Below, piece after piece: positions 49,615 to 63,447 of a stretch of DNA of 64,000 nucleotides. This DNA is from Mustelus asterias (Eukaryota). The DNA lies in NCBI RefSeq assembly GCF_964213995.1, contig NC_135803.1, positions 26,350,001-26,414,000 of the forward strand, written 5' to 3'. A program made the position numbers and the translations under genes. The number at the start of each line of letters is the position of its first letter. Positions within the stretch are counted from its first letter, which is position 1. The notes beneath the pieces were generated by a model. It ran no database searches and was not told the DNA's origin. It saw only the letters and a program-made list of their open reading frames with translations.

Positions 49615-50685
49615 CTGAAATACACACAACATAGAGGATACAATTTAACATGGCCTCTGTACTGTTCGAGAACCATATTTGGAATGAGCAAGGCTCTTAA
49701 AGGACACTCCTAACAGTCACATTTTTCATAGGAGTACAAAGAGGGGTGAAGAGAGTACTTTAAAAAAATGTTTTTTTTTAAAAAATGCCTTTTTTTCCCC
49801 TTCTTAGCTGAAAGAACCAATTGTCACTGAGGTTTGGTTGCACAGGCACGAGCAGTGTAAAATGGATTACACAAGTGGGAGCCTAGCCCGTGAATACTGG
49901 CAGGCTGTTTCACTGTGGACAACATCACACCCAACTCTCACTCAACTTTCCAGCTGAAATCGGTTTCTGTTTGGTGGTGGGGGCAGGTTTATGGAAAGGG
50001 AAGCGTTTGGGTTGTAACTGTAAACAATGCTGCCTTAATAAGAGTGGCTGCATTCCACAAGTAATTATTTGGAAATTAAGCAATAAAGCATGCTATAAAT
50101 ACAAGTTCTAACATAACTTATGTTATGTGCACATAACATAATAAGAGCCACATGCTCTCAGAGAAATCACAGCTGAAAGGTCTATTTTATTGGATAGGTT
50201 TTCTCGGTAGAATCTAGCAGTTCCAATAAAGTTGTTCAATACTCCTTTGAGTATTTTGCACAAATGTCTAACTGCTGAAATGAAGCAAGCAAAAACATAT
50301 ATTGGCAAAGGACCCAGGGAAGAAGGGGAACTTAATGGAGAGGGAAGATAATGAAAATAAAATCCAACAGCTCAAAATAAGGAACGCCTTACATGATATT
50401 CCTCTTGAGAAAATTTGCAATTGTGCAGAAGTTTTGCTCGTGTCAGAGTACAATGTATGTGCTTCAGTATTGGGTTACAGAATTCTCTCCGTCACCCTTA
50501 CTACTTCACCATTTAACAAAGTTAGTTCAACCAAGTCGAACCTCACGAGTTTGAATCCTGAGACATTTATTAAGGGCTAAACTGTGAGCACTTTACAAAA
50601 GCTAAATCTCAAGGACATGATGCACCTCAAACTTTTCAAATTCAAATGAATCAGGAAAACAAACTGTTTAAAGACTCATCACAAG

Positions 50686-51336
50686 GGGCCCGATTTTACC
50701 AAAACTTCACGCCCGTTTTCGGGCACGAAATCGTGGCAAAGTTGGGCGTCGGGCCTAAAACGCGGTCCAGACCCGACCCAAGGCCAATCGCGCCTTTACC
50801 AACGGCTGATCCGGGCACCGATCCGGTGCGCCCCCGAATCGGACAGCGGGCCGATGTAAATGCATTTGCATGCATTTAAATTGGCATAACGAAGCCCGCG
50901 CCCAACTTACTCAAGGATTCCCACTTTACGAGGTTCCGATCCGATCGGCGCCTGCGCATTTACCGTGTTGCTGAATTCAAGTCCGATAGGGCTTCAACTC
51001 AGCAACTGAACCGCCGAATCGCCCACCACCCTTCGCGGAGCGCCCCCGTGAACCACCCCGGCAGCCCATCCCCCCCCCTCCCCCGCCGAATCGCCCCCGA
51101 CCACCCTTCGCGGACCGACCCCGTGCTGTCAGCACTGTCTTTGACTTTCGCGCCCGGGTGCGCTGGGGCTTCGAACTGCGCATGCGCAGGTCTGTGCTCC
51201 GACAAATGCACTAGGCCCCGCCCACCGGACCTACGCCGAAAAAAGGCGTATGGGGGCGCTGGAGCGCGGCTGCCGGGCGCGGGTCTGATTTACGACCGCA
51301 CCCGGCACTTAGAGCCGATTTGGTAAAATCGGCCCC
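50686..51336. mobile_element. Non-autonomous DNA transposon (PIF/Harbinger-like MITE), CpG-rich
   Basis: TIR GGGCCCGATTTTACCA / TGGTAAAATCGGCCCC (one mismatch) and a 3-bp TSD AAG on both sides. Confidence 0.75.
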
Positions 51337-51361
51337 AAGGTGTTCTCTAAACCATACATAC

Positions 51362-51467
51362 CTGTCGTGGAAATCTTGATGAAAGAGCTGCTCTAGCTTC
51401 ATCAGAACATCATTCTCGCTAAGTGGAATAAAACTCCCATACTTCCTCAAAAACTCATCCAGGAAAG
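51362..51467 (-). CDS. SENP5: SENP5 coding exon
   Basis: AFLDEFLRKYGSFIPLSENDVLMKLEQLFHQDFHDR; cag| acceptor and |GTATGT donor. Confidence 0.92.
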
Positions 51468-51949
51468 CTGAGAAAAACAAAATACAGATCAGGAAAGTAT
51501 ATTGCCCAGCTTCACTCAATCTGGAAGTAATCACGCACTAAAACACATGACAGCAACAACCAGTTATAGAGCTCACCTAAAACTCATCATGCTCACTAGC
51601 TACGGAAGAAGCCTTTGGCACCTACTGGGTTGGTGATCTGCTGTGACAGATTGCATCTGGTACAGTTTTAAATATAATTTGCATTTGCTTTCTCAACTCT
51701 GGTTTCTACAGGGTGCATATTACAGAAAGAGATGTTATTTGCTTTTGTTACATCTATAACCCCACCTGACCCAAACGGAGCACAAGAGGAGAGTAAGGGA
51801 TTGATATATGCAAGCGATTAAAATTTGTTCAGAGTGTCCCCTCCCAAGAGGGTAACTGATTTTGTGTGATAATATTTCTGAAGATGGTAAGATTTTCTTT
51901 AAGATCAAAAATATCAACTATAACAAGGATGAATGTGAGTTAGCTTTTA

Positions 51950-52140
51950 AACAGACATGGAGTGAGACAACCCGAGTTAACTTTCGAGTTTGTATGACTC
52001 TTTAGAGTTCTGAAGAAGTCACACAGACTCGAAATGTGAACTCTGTTTCGCTCTCCACAGAAGCTGCCAGACCTGCTGAGTTATTCCAGCATTTTCTGTT
52101 TTTACTTTACATTTCCAGCACCTGCAGTATTTTGCTTTTA
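51950..52140 (+). mobile_element. Penelope-derived inverted terminal fragment with a degenerate hammerhead motif
   Basis: GAGTT-CTGAAGA-AGTC(ACACA)GACT-C-GAAA-TGTG-AACTC preceded by its inverted copy. The downstream part matches the PLE repeat at ~3260-3370. Confidence 0.7.
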
Positions 52141-52489
52141 ATTCAACATTGAGTACTTTGACTCAATTGGAACTGTAGATAGTCATGACAAACTGACAGA
52201 TTTCATTTTCAAATTGAACAGTTTCAGTGATCATAAAAAAACCCCACCATATTTATAAACTTTTGGGTGAGAAACTTGCCAAACATGGAACTCAGCTACA
52301 CAGACCATGAAGGTAAAGTTTCAGTCCACAGTTGACGCTAAGTTAGTCTGGGTGATAGTTGGGGGCATTACAATTGGCCATAGGTACACTTGACTAAGAA
52401 GAGGAAAATAAAAGTCATCAGCCAAGGGAAGAAAGTGGTAGGTAAAAGGTCAGGTCAGACTCAGCTACTGTGCTGTCCTGCTGTCACAA

Positions 52490-55400
52490 AACCACAAAAA
52501 AATAGACCATATGGTCCATCAGGCCTGCTCTATCATTCAACATAATCATGGCTGACCTTGGGCCTTCAATTCCATTTTCTACCTGGTTATCATATCCCTC
52601 AACTCCCTGCAAAACCAAAAATCTGTGTATCTCAGCTTTAAATGTATTCAACAATAGAGAATCCACAACTCTCTGGGGTAGAGAATTCTAAAGATTCACA
52701 ACCCTTTGAGTGAAGTGAGCTCTCCTCATCTCAGTCTTAAATGATTGGCCTCTTATTCTGAGACTCTGCGCCTGTGCTTTAGACTGGAGGAAACAACCTC
52801 AACATCTACCCTTATCAGGCTCCTCAGAATTTTGCAGGTTTCAATGGGATTGACTCTCATTCTTCTAAATTGCAGAGGTACAAGCCGAATTCAGTTGGCC
52901 TCTCATTATTGTTATTCCCAGGGAACAATCTAATAAATCTTTGCTGTACTACTTCCAATGCAAATATAGTCACCTTCCTTAAGAGCTGAGAACAAAACTG
53001 CACAGTGCTCCAGGTGTGGTCTCACCAAAGCCCTGAACAAGTGGAAGGAATAAGGAATGACTTCCTTATTCTTGTATTCCAATCCCCTTGCAATAAAGGC
53101 CAACATGCCATTTGACTTTGGATTGCCTGCTACACCTGCATGCTAACTTTGTGTTCCTTGTACAAGCACACCCAAGTCTCTCTGAACATTTAACACTTAT
53201 AAGTTTCACCCCTTTTGAAAATGCTCTGCTTTTCTATTATGATCAATGTGAATAACTTCACACTTCCCTAATATGATACTCCATCTGCCATCTTGTTGAC
53301 TACTCATCTAAACTTCTATATCTCCTTGCAGCCTCTGTATCCTCCCACAGCTTACCTCCCCACCTAGCTTGGCATAATCAAACTTTGATGCATTACCCTG
53401 TCTCTTCAACTAAGTAATTAACATATTGTAAATAGCCAAGGCTCCAGCATTGATCCTTGCTGCACTCCACTATTCACTGCCAACTTGAAAAAGCCCCGTT
53501 TATGCCCACTTTCTGCTTTTGAATTAACGAATCTTTTATCTTTGTTAAAATACTGCTTCCAAATCAACAAGCCCTTATTTTGTCTTTTAATCTTTTGTAT
53601 GGCACCTTGTCAAATTTTTTTGTGGAAATCTAGATATACTGCATCTACCGGTTCCCTTTTACCTACCATTGTTTAACCGACCTCTCTCTCCCTCCTTTCT
53701 CTATAAGTGGCGTAACATTTTCCAACTTTCAATCTAATGGGAATGTTCCCAAATCTGTGAAATTCTGGAAAATCATAGCCAGCAACCCACTATCTGAGAA
53801 CCCTCGGGTGTAGGCCATCAAGTTTTGGGGACTAATTGGACTTCCCACCCCCCCCCCCCCCGCCTCATTTCTGCCAATAATAATTTATCTCTGCTGAAAT
53901 TAATTCTCACTTATGTTAGCCCCGAGATTAAAAGCAAATTACTGCAGATGCTGGAATCGGAAACCAAACGAGAAAATGGTGGACAAAACGCTTTGACAAA
54001 GGGTCATCTGGACTCGAAACATCAGCTCTTTTCTCTCCTTACAGATGCTGCCAGACCTGCTGAGATTTTCCACCATTTTCTCTTTTGGTTTTAGCCCCTA
54101 GATTACCCACTATGTCTGGTATGAAACTTGTCTTCTACTCTGAAGACAGACAAAATATTTGTTCAATGCCTCTATTTCCTCATTCACGTGATAATTTCTC
54201 CTGTCCTTGCTTCTAATTTACTTTAGCTACTCTCTTCCTATTTATATTCTAATAAAAGCACATACAATCTGTTTTTATATTCCTGGCCATTTACTCTCAT
54301 TCTATTTCTTTCCCCTTTGTATCAACATTTTGGCAGCCCTCTGACTTCTAAAACACGAAGAGTTTTAACAACACCAGGTTAAAACTCTTACTGTGTTTAC
54401 CCCAGTGCAACGCCGGCATCTCCACATTCTAAAACACTCCCAATCCTCAGACCTACTACTGTTTTTTGCAACATTGCGAGCCTCTTCTTTTAATCTAATA
54501 CTATCCTTAACTTCCTGAGTGAGCTTTGTGCATTCAAATAAAATAACCTTTCAATTGTTTACATCTACTCCCTTCAATATCCTTATCCATCAGTGTACAA
54601 ATGTTGTTAAACTCTGTCCTGTCCCACGCCGCTTGTCTTTACCCACATTGTTATACTGTTGCGATGCCTCGACTTTTGTCTTTGGATTTCTAAACCTTCC
54701 TTTGCTTGACCTCTCCCCCTACCATCATCTCTTAGTTAAACTGGCTACCACCTCTTAGTTTAAAGCCCTGTCACAGCCCTCGTGATATGACTGGCCAGGA
54801 CATTGGTCCTAACCCAGTTCAAGTGGAGCCCATCCCAATGGGGTAGCTCATTCTTCCCAGAGTATGGGATGTCAGTGCCCCATGAAATCAAAACCACTTC
54901 TTCCCAAACCACTCATTCAGCCACACATTTAATTCTTTAATCTGCTTGACCCTACGTTAATTTGTGTGTAATTCACGTAACAATCTAGAGATGATTACCT
55001 TCGAGATTCTACATTTGAATTTGGTCCTTTGATCTTCAAATTATTTATATGTTCTACCTATGTCATTGGTTCCCACTTGGACCATGATAATTGGGACCCC
55101 CCGCCCCACCATCCCACTGCCTTCCCACTCTCTCCAGCCGGAATTAGGCAGGTAACACCAACTTTGAAGCTCCCAGTTACAGCTACAGAGAACAATATCT
55201 ATTCCCCTGACTATATGGTTTTCTTTCACGACCACATTCCGCTTTAGTCCCCCTACTAGAATGGCATCCCTCGCCATGTTGCCATAGTCAGTCCGCTGAT
55301 CTCCCTTGTGGCCCTTCTCCTCATAGGTAGCAAGTAACTTATACCTGTTGGACCAAGTCAGGAGCTGAGCCTGGTTCCCTTTACCCGCCTGACTCTCAGT

Positions 55401-55570
55401 CACACCCTTTGGTCCCTGACCAACTCTAAGGTTCTGTCTAACCCAAGGGGTGCGACTGCCTCCTGGAACAACGTATCCAGCTAAATCTCCCGCCCCCTGA
55501 TGCCTCACCATGTCTGAAACTCCAATTCCAGCTTAGCAACTCTGAGCTGAAGTTGCCTAATTTAAGACAC
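52490..55570 (-). mobile_element. Decayed, internally deleted CR1 LINE (ORF1 to ORF2 C-terminus) with nested PLE-derived inserts
   Basis: ORF1 remnants (WSNRYKLL, IIMVQVGTNDIG) near 55050-55500, RT remnants, and C-terminal LNTFKAEIHRFL near 52600. Confidence 0.8.
53930..54092 (+). mobile_element. Penelope-derived hairpin insert with a degenerate hammerhead motif
   Basis: Inverted ends aaaccaaacgagaaaatggtgg / ccaccattttctcttttggttt; core TTGACAAA-GGGTC(ATCTG)GACTC-GAAAC-ATC. Confidence 0.65.
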
Positions 55571-56639
55571 TTTCAGCACAGATGTTTGCCTGGGATTGCA
55601 GTGCATTCCACATCCCCATATGAGATAGTCAACAACACAACATGAGCCCTGCCATTTCTGACCAACTGATCAGTTGATAATTTACACAGATAGAGTAATA
55701 GAAAGCTGCACACACCAAGCCGAGATACAAAGCAATTCACCAAATACTGGCGGGTGAAAAAAGTAAAAAAAGCACCTTTTTGTCCCTCTGCACCAAGTTT
55801 CCAACTACTGAATATGTCTACACCTTACTCAGGTGCAGTGTCCTAGCTGCATACCCCTTTTTCCTTCAAACATCTCGTTGACAACATGTCCCTTCACACA
55901 CGAAGATTGCTTATTTTGGCAATGGGACGACTCTATCCACTCAGTCAAGGGCTCAAGGCTGAGGAACAGGGGGGAAACCCTTCCAAGTTAAAATATCAGG
56001 TTAGTACTTTGAGCTGATTGGCCCTGAAATTCCTGCGTCTTGGGAGGGTGGTATCGGGGAAAAGGCCCAGTTCTGTTGGAACTTTGCCCCTTGCTCCCAT
56101 GAACAGCTTTTCGGAAAGGGTGCAGGATTGGCGCGAGGGGTTTGGGCATGTCATACACTTGTAACGCTTCCAACATTATCACTAAAAGTAACAAGTCTAA
56201 CAGGGTGGCAGCTCCCCCCAAACTGCCAGAAATTCCATCTTTATTGATGCTGAAAATTATGCATTGCACAGATAATTCCTGGATCATAGTGGAAGTGGAG
56301 CCATCAACAGGGTAACAGAAATTTTGAAGCTGTTATTTTTAGCTGAATGACTGGAAATGTTGCTCCGAAACCACCACCATCCAAACATGGAGCAAAGCTT
56401 CAGGCAGCACGGTAATCCTTTGGGAACTCATCCCTTTTATCTAAATGAACCCGGCTCTGAAATTTTGGACGGGGATTAATGCCAAGATCGAATGGTGGCT
56501 GAAATGCCGCCCTCTTCAACAGGGCCCAAAAAATTGCAGGCTCCAAGTCTTTATTGCAGGAGAATAGACACTGGAACTATTGGGGAGATTAGCTTTAGAA
56601 GACCAATTAAAAATAAAAGGGCCACTATTCATTGATTCA

Positions 56640-58015
56640 GATTCATAGACGTTTCTGGCTCAGGAGAAGATCATTCAGCCCATCGTGTCCATGCCAGTCA
56701 GCAAAGATCAGATTACACGAATCCCATTTTCCAGTGCTTGGCCCATAGCCCTAGTTGTTATGACAACGCAAGTGAATATCTAAATACTTCTTAAATGTTA
56801 CAAGAGTTTCTGATTCAACCACTCTTTCAGATGGTGAGTTCCAGACTCCCACCATCCTCTGGGTGAAAAGCTCTCTCCTCAATTCCCCTCTTAGCCTTCT
56901 AACCCTTACCTTAAATGCCCCCTGGCTACTGACCCTTCTACTATTGGAAAAATCCTATTCCACCCAAGCTATGCCCCTCAAAACCTTATACACCTCTATC
57001 TGGTCTCCGTTCAACTTTCGCTGCTCCAAGGAAAATATGGTGAGTAGAACTGCACACAGTACTCCAGTTGCGGCCTCACCAGCATTTTATACAATTCCAA
57101 CATTAGATCCTTGGTTTTATATTCTATAGTTCTGCCAATGAAGAAGAGTATCCGTATGCCTTAACAACCTCATCTACTTGAACTGCTGTCCTTAGGGACC
57201 GGTGTACTTGTACACCAAGCTCTCTCATTTCATCTCTCTCTCTTAGTATATTCCCATTTATTGTGCATTTCCTACAACTGCTTGACCTCCCTAAATGCAT
57301 TACCTCACACTTCTCTATGTTAAAATCCATCTGTCATTTTACTGCTCACTCCACCAATCCATCAATCTGGTTTTGTAGATTACAGCTATCCTCTACACTG
57401 TCCACTACTCGGCCAATCTTAGTGTCATCTGTGCAAATTTTCCAATCGTATCCCCCACATTCACATCCAAATCATTAGCATATAACACAAACAGCAACGG
57501 TCCCAACACTGAGCCCTGTGGAACGCCACTTGAAACATCCATCGACATTACCCTTTGTTTCCTGTTACTAAGCCAACTTTTGATCTAGTGTACCACATTA
57601 CCCTGCATCCCATGGGCTTTTACTTTATTGACCAATCTACCATTTGAGACCATGCTAAAATCCATATACACAGCATCCACTGTACCACCTTCGACAACCC
57701 TTCTTCTCACTTCATCAAAGAATTCAATCAAGTTTGAGGTAAAACCTTTCTTTAACAAATCCATGCTGACCATCCCTGACAAGTCGATGCTTTCCGACGT
57801 GAAACTTAATTCTCTCAAGGTTGATTCTACTGTTTTGCCCACCACCAATGTAAGATTAACTCTTCCTGGTTCACACACAGATTACCTATATGGTCCCAAT
57901 TGGCCTTACTCTTCCCCTAGTTATTCTCTTGTTCCTTATATATTTAAAAAACCCCTTTGGGCTTTCCTTTATTCTATCCAACTAAACTTTTTCATGCACT
58001 CTCAGCTTTCCTAAT
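56640..58015 (-). mobile_element. Decayed CR1 LINE ORF2 (RT) fragment
   Basis: NLIEFFDEV..VDAVYMDFS and MDFNIEKCEVMHLGRS..ELGVQVHRSL. Confidence 0.85.
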
Positions 58016-58903
58016 TCCCTTTTACAAATTTCCTTTGTAATTTTAGTCTTTTCCTAATTTCCTTTCCCTGTTATACAAAAAAATTGACATGACCAACTGT
58101 GAGAGTCTTTGCTTCTGCTCTTTTAAAAATATTTCGTTGAAACAATTTTGTAGGGAGTAACCGAGAGGAGGTACTGAGATGAGGAGGCCCATTTGAAGCT
58201 CTCAATTAAAGTTCCAGGTTGTACCCGAAGTATCAATGCAACTTCTCTCAGTTTGCCTCCCATTTTACATTGCCTTTAGCTTTAATCAGTAAAACGAATG
58301 TTTGTTAGAAGGTTTTCAAGTAACAAGCAAGGTATCAAAGCCCTGGAATTTCTTAATGAGGTTTCTGAGAGAATTGCACAATGCGATTCACCAAGAAAGA
58401 TACTGCCCATGAGAACAGGACACGGGGTGAACCCGTTTCATCACATTGTGGATGTAGGTGGAGTAAATCTCCTTCGACCTTCGCCACTTCTTCCTGTCCT
58501 TTGTTACCTTGCATTCTAATTGTATTCTAACAGTTGTCTGGGGAACTACAGATGAGGAATGCAACATGAACTGCCTACGTCTGACAGCTAAGCCAATTGG
58601 AGGGAAGTGGAACCAACCAAATCATACGGAAATAATTAATTTTATACGTTTTTTTTAAACCACTGCTTAAACAGTACAATGTACCTTTTGTTCAAAAAAA
58701 GGTGGTCATGGGAGCACTTTCTTTTCAAACTGACATATTCCTCCTACTCCATTTGCACCTTATCTACAGAACCATTGTGCCAAATAGAGTACAAGCTGGA
58801 TTGCTGGTTAATTTCTATATTGCTCAAATTATTCCATTTAAAAAACAGCGCACGATTATCTTAGAAAGAAATAGAAATGGTTTTCTTAAACCAGCAACTG
58901 TAC

Positions 58904-60389
58904 CATGAATACAGGATATTAATGGTTCACTGGCAACAGAGCAGGTCTGAGATTCATTCTCCTTTCCCTTTTCGGCCTGACTCCTAGCTGGCAGTTCAGT
59001 CCTCACCGATGTGTGCTCAGCTTGTTCCTTGGTAGATCTATAGTAAATGTGGTCCATCAGCTGTGGTTGAAGCACAGGACATGGCTCACCACTTTGCAAA
59101 CAGACCGACTGGCCAGATTGATTAAGAGAAGCGCTTGTGTGTCTACATGATACAGGGCTCGGGTCCATTATGGCACTGATGACCTGCATCTCCCCATCAC
59201 AGACTGGGGTTTGGTTTGAAAGTCTCCCCTGCGCGAGGCTAAACAACTGGGATGTCCCATCAGCTTTCGACCACTTATCTGCACCCACAAGCTGGTTGGC
59301 ACCAGCATCCAATCCAAGAGGGCTCGAGGGAGGGAACACTGTTTCTGAGTTTTCATCGACTGTTTGATTATGTTCAACAAGCTTTTCACTTGAATGAAAA
59401 AAATGAGGCAAGGCCTCCTGCGGTTGCGAACTGTCCATCCTTTCATCAAAGGGCAAAAGTGAAACTTCGCAGCAATTAGTCAGGCAGGAATTGTCTTGTT
59501 TCATTGTCTCTGATGTACCACTATTCTGATCTGAACCAAACTGCACATTCTGGTTGGAATCTTCACCTTTGGGAGATGGCAGAGAAGATATATCACATGC
59601 CATTTTATCCAAACATTGGCCAGCCTTTTTTGGATTCAAGGATTGCACCCAATTTAACTTCTCTTGCTTTTGAGTGGTAGATTTTTTCCGCCTGTTTTGA
59701 TTATTAAATATTCTATAATGGAAGCTAAAGAGAGAATGTTTCCTGTAGAGCAGGCAGATTTTGTGCCCTTTCAGCTGCCGCTTTGTCTTGCGAGGTAAGT
59801 TATTAGGCAAGGAATCTTTGTTCCCTTGGAAGTCTATTCTTTTGTAACCATTTAATAGCTTCTGATTTATAATCCTGTCTTGAAGCCCACTGTTGTTTCG
59901 CTGGGATTTGGGGCAAGTTACCGTGGCAGGTGTAGTTAGATTTCTCGAGACTGCTGTACAATATAAAAGTGTCGATTTGCAGTCAGAATCTGGGGCTACA
60001 GCATTGCTGTTCCAATCTTCACAAATTTCATGTCCCTTACTTTCTCCTTCCTCATGGGGCACCAAGGTTGTTGTACACGTTTCCTCGGTTGGTATGTCAT
60101 TGAGGCTCGAGGTCAACAATGCTGTTTCCTTCTGTGCCGCCTTCAAATACGCGATGTCTTTCACAGATCTGCACGGTTGAAAATCCGAAAGCTCCTTTCT
60201 TAGCACGGACCTGACCCGTTTTTTCCTGATGGACAGCCACAGACGCTGCTTTTGTTGATAATAAAACTGTCTTTGGGAGCACAACGAGCCTTCCAGTTGC
60301 TTCCATTTGCTGTGGTGGGATTGCAGTTGCTCTCTAAGGTTTGCCCTCAAGAATCTTCTATAGCATTTGCCATCGCTGTGCTCCTTCAT
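58904..60389 (-). CDS. SENP5: SENP5 first coding exon (large, divergent N-terminal region); total protein 749 aa
   Basis: Acceptor ttttctcacag at ~60405, ATG at 60389 (MKEHSDGK), 1486 nt open, donor CATG|GTACAG in phase 1 joining the next exon (IHAFLDEF). Confidence 0.85.
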
Positions 60390-61109
60390 AGTCTGACAGT
60401 TCGGCTGTGAGAAAACATTAAGACAAAACTTTAAAGTACATATTGATAGCAATTTCTTAAATACCAGAACTGCGAGTTTAAACATCTTATTTTGAAAAAG
60501 AAAGCTAACTTGGTGGCCTTTCGAAATCTGGGATCGGAATTGGAATTCAGCCCAAACTGATGGGCAAAGATCTCATTTCATTCCTTTGTCGGTTCCATGG
60601 ATTCTACAGGAAACATGCATTGATAGTCCTAACCCAACAATAAGAACCCACAGCACAAAATTTTAAAATAAACTGGAGGTAATAGTCACACAGTTTACAG
60701 AATGGTCAATCTGGGAAGGGAAAGCTTTACTTGTAGTGTCTTTTGAGGTTTGGAAGCGAAATTGAGGAGATCAGTTCCCCAATCTCATTTATTCATTATC
60801 TCCACCCTATCTCCACATCTCACCCATTATGCCTACTGTTTTCCTTCCTAGAGAGCAGGTATACAGCTGCTTCCGTCAACTACATTCTTTGAAAGTTGCA
60901 GAGCGTTGTAAGCTTCAGTTTTCTTCCATTCCAATTGGAAAGCAAGTTGCCGTTTCTCATACTTTCAAGGAACTCACGACTTCCCTGAAAAAATGTATGG
61001 CTTGTCATCGGGAGAACTCTGTTAAACCACTGTGCTAAGTGCACTAGTAATGGTTAATAACTACAGTTGCACTAGAAATTAACACCATGAAAAATCCTGT
61101 TCAATGAAA

Positions 61110-61330
61110 AAGACTTGCATTTTTATATGGCTTTTCACGACCCCAGAATGTCTGAAAGTGCTTTATAGCTTTTGAAGTATAGTCACTGTTGTAATGTAAG
61201 AAAATGAAACAACCAATTTGCACACAGCCAGGCCCCATAATCTGTTACAGTGGTGCTTGGCAAGGGTTAAATATTGGCACGGAATCTTTAACATCCACCT
61301 GAAGGGGCAGATGGAGCCTTGGTTTAATGT
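61110..61330 (-). mobile_element. Deu-domain-type SINE fragment
   Basis: gacttgcatttttatatggcttttcacgac..aagggttaaatattggc..atctttaacatccacctgaaggggcagatggagccttggtttaa. Confidence 0.6.
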
Positions 61331-63447
61331 TAATGCATAGTCACAGAAGACTATGCGTTGTTGGTTGGACAACCATTACATTTCCAGGACACACTCTCAC
61401 CAAACTGCAACCATTTAAAGGATACAAAGTAAAACTGGAAAGCTGGCTGCAAATGTTTAAAATTAAACATCATTGTAAAGGGCTGCTTGCAGCATTGGAA
61501 TAATGGCAGCGGAAATTAAGCATTCACGTGAACACCAAAACATTCTGAAAATCTGGACAGAAAAGCAGCAAGCAGATTAAGATACAAGGATCAGCCATTT
61601 AAAAATTCTTAAAGACACATCTTAAGATGAGCGACAAACATTTTCACAAGAAAATGCATTGTTACTCTGCTTAGTTATGTTTGGGTCTGTATTTTCTTTT
61701 TGAAATAATGACATGGTGGGAATCCTTCTGTGCATAAGATTCCATGATTCAATGAAATGTTCTCTGACACCAAGTGCAGAAAGAACACAAGAGCTAGGTG
61801 AACAATGGATATTAAAAATCAGAATGCTTCAGAAACATGTTATGGTTATTTGGATAGTGAAAAAAATTAGTTTCTAGAATTTTCTCTCTCGTTAAACAAA
61901 AATCATTCTCAAATTCAGTTACAGTGAGCTCCAATTGCAGTGCTTTAATCAGGAGGTCCATTTCAATCTATTACATGATCTGGTTAACCACCGTACTGTC
62001 TATTCAGTTAATTCTATTGCCTTTCTTTCAGCTGTAAATTAATTGTGCATCTTTAATTACTGCTTGGCATTGGTGTTAGGTATTCATTATACATACTATA
62101 TTGTTGGAGCGCTCTGATAGGTGAATATTTTTAAATCCCAAGAGTGTTTGCTAACTCATAGTTGCTGAAGATCACCGTCTATGACAAATCCGTAACAAAC
62201 TATTTTACTTGCAAAGTGCTCACAAAGCAACATCCTTGAAAACGCTGTTCCAAAATGTCAGATATCCACTCTTTATTCGTAGGCTAGAACGGCAGCTGGT
62301 TTAATTTATCTTGTCGTGCTGTTCACACAGAGGAGATCCAGATTTCCCCACATGGAGCTAGCTCATGCACCTGGCTCTGTTCTTAGACCTGATGCTTTGG
62401 CTCAGTGACTGGAAGGAAAGCCAGTGCAACAGAGGTTAATGGCGAGTAGTTAAACTGCACATTCTTCAAGCCAATTTCCTACAAGTTAAAGGATCCTTGA
62501 ACAAGCAATGCTGCCACGAAATATTCCACCAGCTCTGGCCTTTTTGTTTACAAATAGGGCAGAAATCCTGCAGAGGGGAAACAATACTTGTCCACTCTAT
62601 CTAAACCAGCAAAGAACATTGGCTGGTCTGGGAAACTGGGCACGTGATTGTTAAGATTACAGAAATAAATTAAATTTCAGTTTTTCTACTCATTTTACCA
62701 TATCTTCATACTTCAACCAGACTTAACTATTCAATATTCTTAACTCCATAATCACAGAATCATACAGCACAGAAGGTCACGGTTCGACTCATTGTATCTG
62801 CGGAAGTTGAAAACAACTACGTGGCAGACATCAATACAGAATCCCTCTGTACACAAGTCATCACCCTCCCCCCACAGCATCACTCAGATCCATGCATTCC
62901 CCCTTGCCGGTGCCTCCCCATCTCCAGGACACGGTACACATACTATGCATCACGCCTCCTATCTTTAGGGTTCTCTACATACACTGCGCGTCCCCTCTCC
63001 TACTCTCAGGGCTCTCTCTATGCACACAGTGCAACTCCCCCCCCCCCCCCCCAAATCTCTAGGGCTCTTTAAACTGTGCATGCCCCCCCCCCCCCTCCCC
63101 ATTTACAGGACTCAATGCACACTGTGCAACCCCCCCTCATATCTCCAGGCTCCTCTATGTCAGTGGTTCCCAACCTTTTATGTCATGGCATACCTCTATA
63201 CTATAAAAGAAATTGAGGCCCACCTCCAATTTTCTGTCTTCTTCCCTTCCCTTACTTCTCTGTCCTCTCGCCTGTTTATTTGTATGTCTCCCTGTCTCTG
63301 TCGCTTCTCCCAGGGTTCTTGAACCCTTTTTGAGTTTTCACTTTTTGTGTCGGCACAGAGAACCTTTGTCTTCAGCTCCAAGTCCCGTCCGTCACGCACA
63401 TGGGCCTGACCGACATAAAAATCTATACCATGCATGTACATGTCATT

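Noticed and set aside
58824-58903. Extension of the SENP5 ORF past the GTACAG donor, and the upstream ATG at 60485
   Set aside because: Intronic read-through. The splice sites at 58903 and 60405 give a phase-consistent gene, and nothing supports a truncated isoform.
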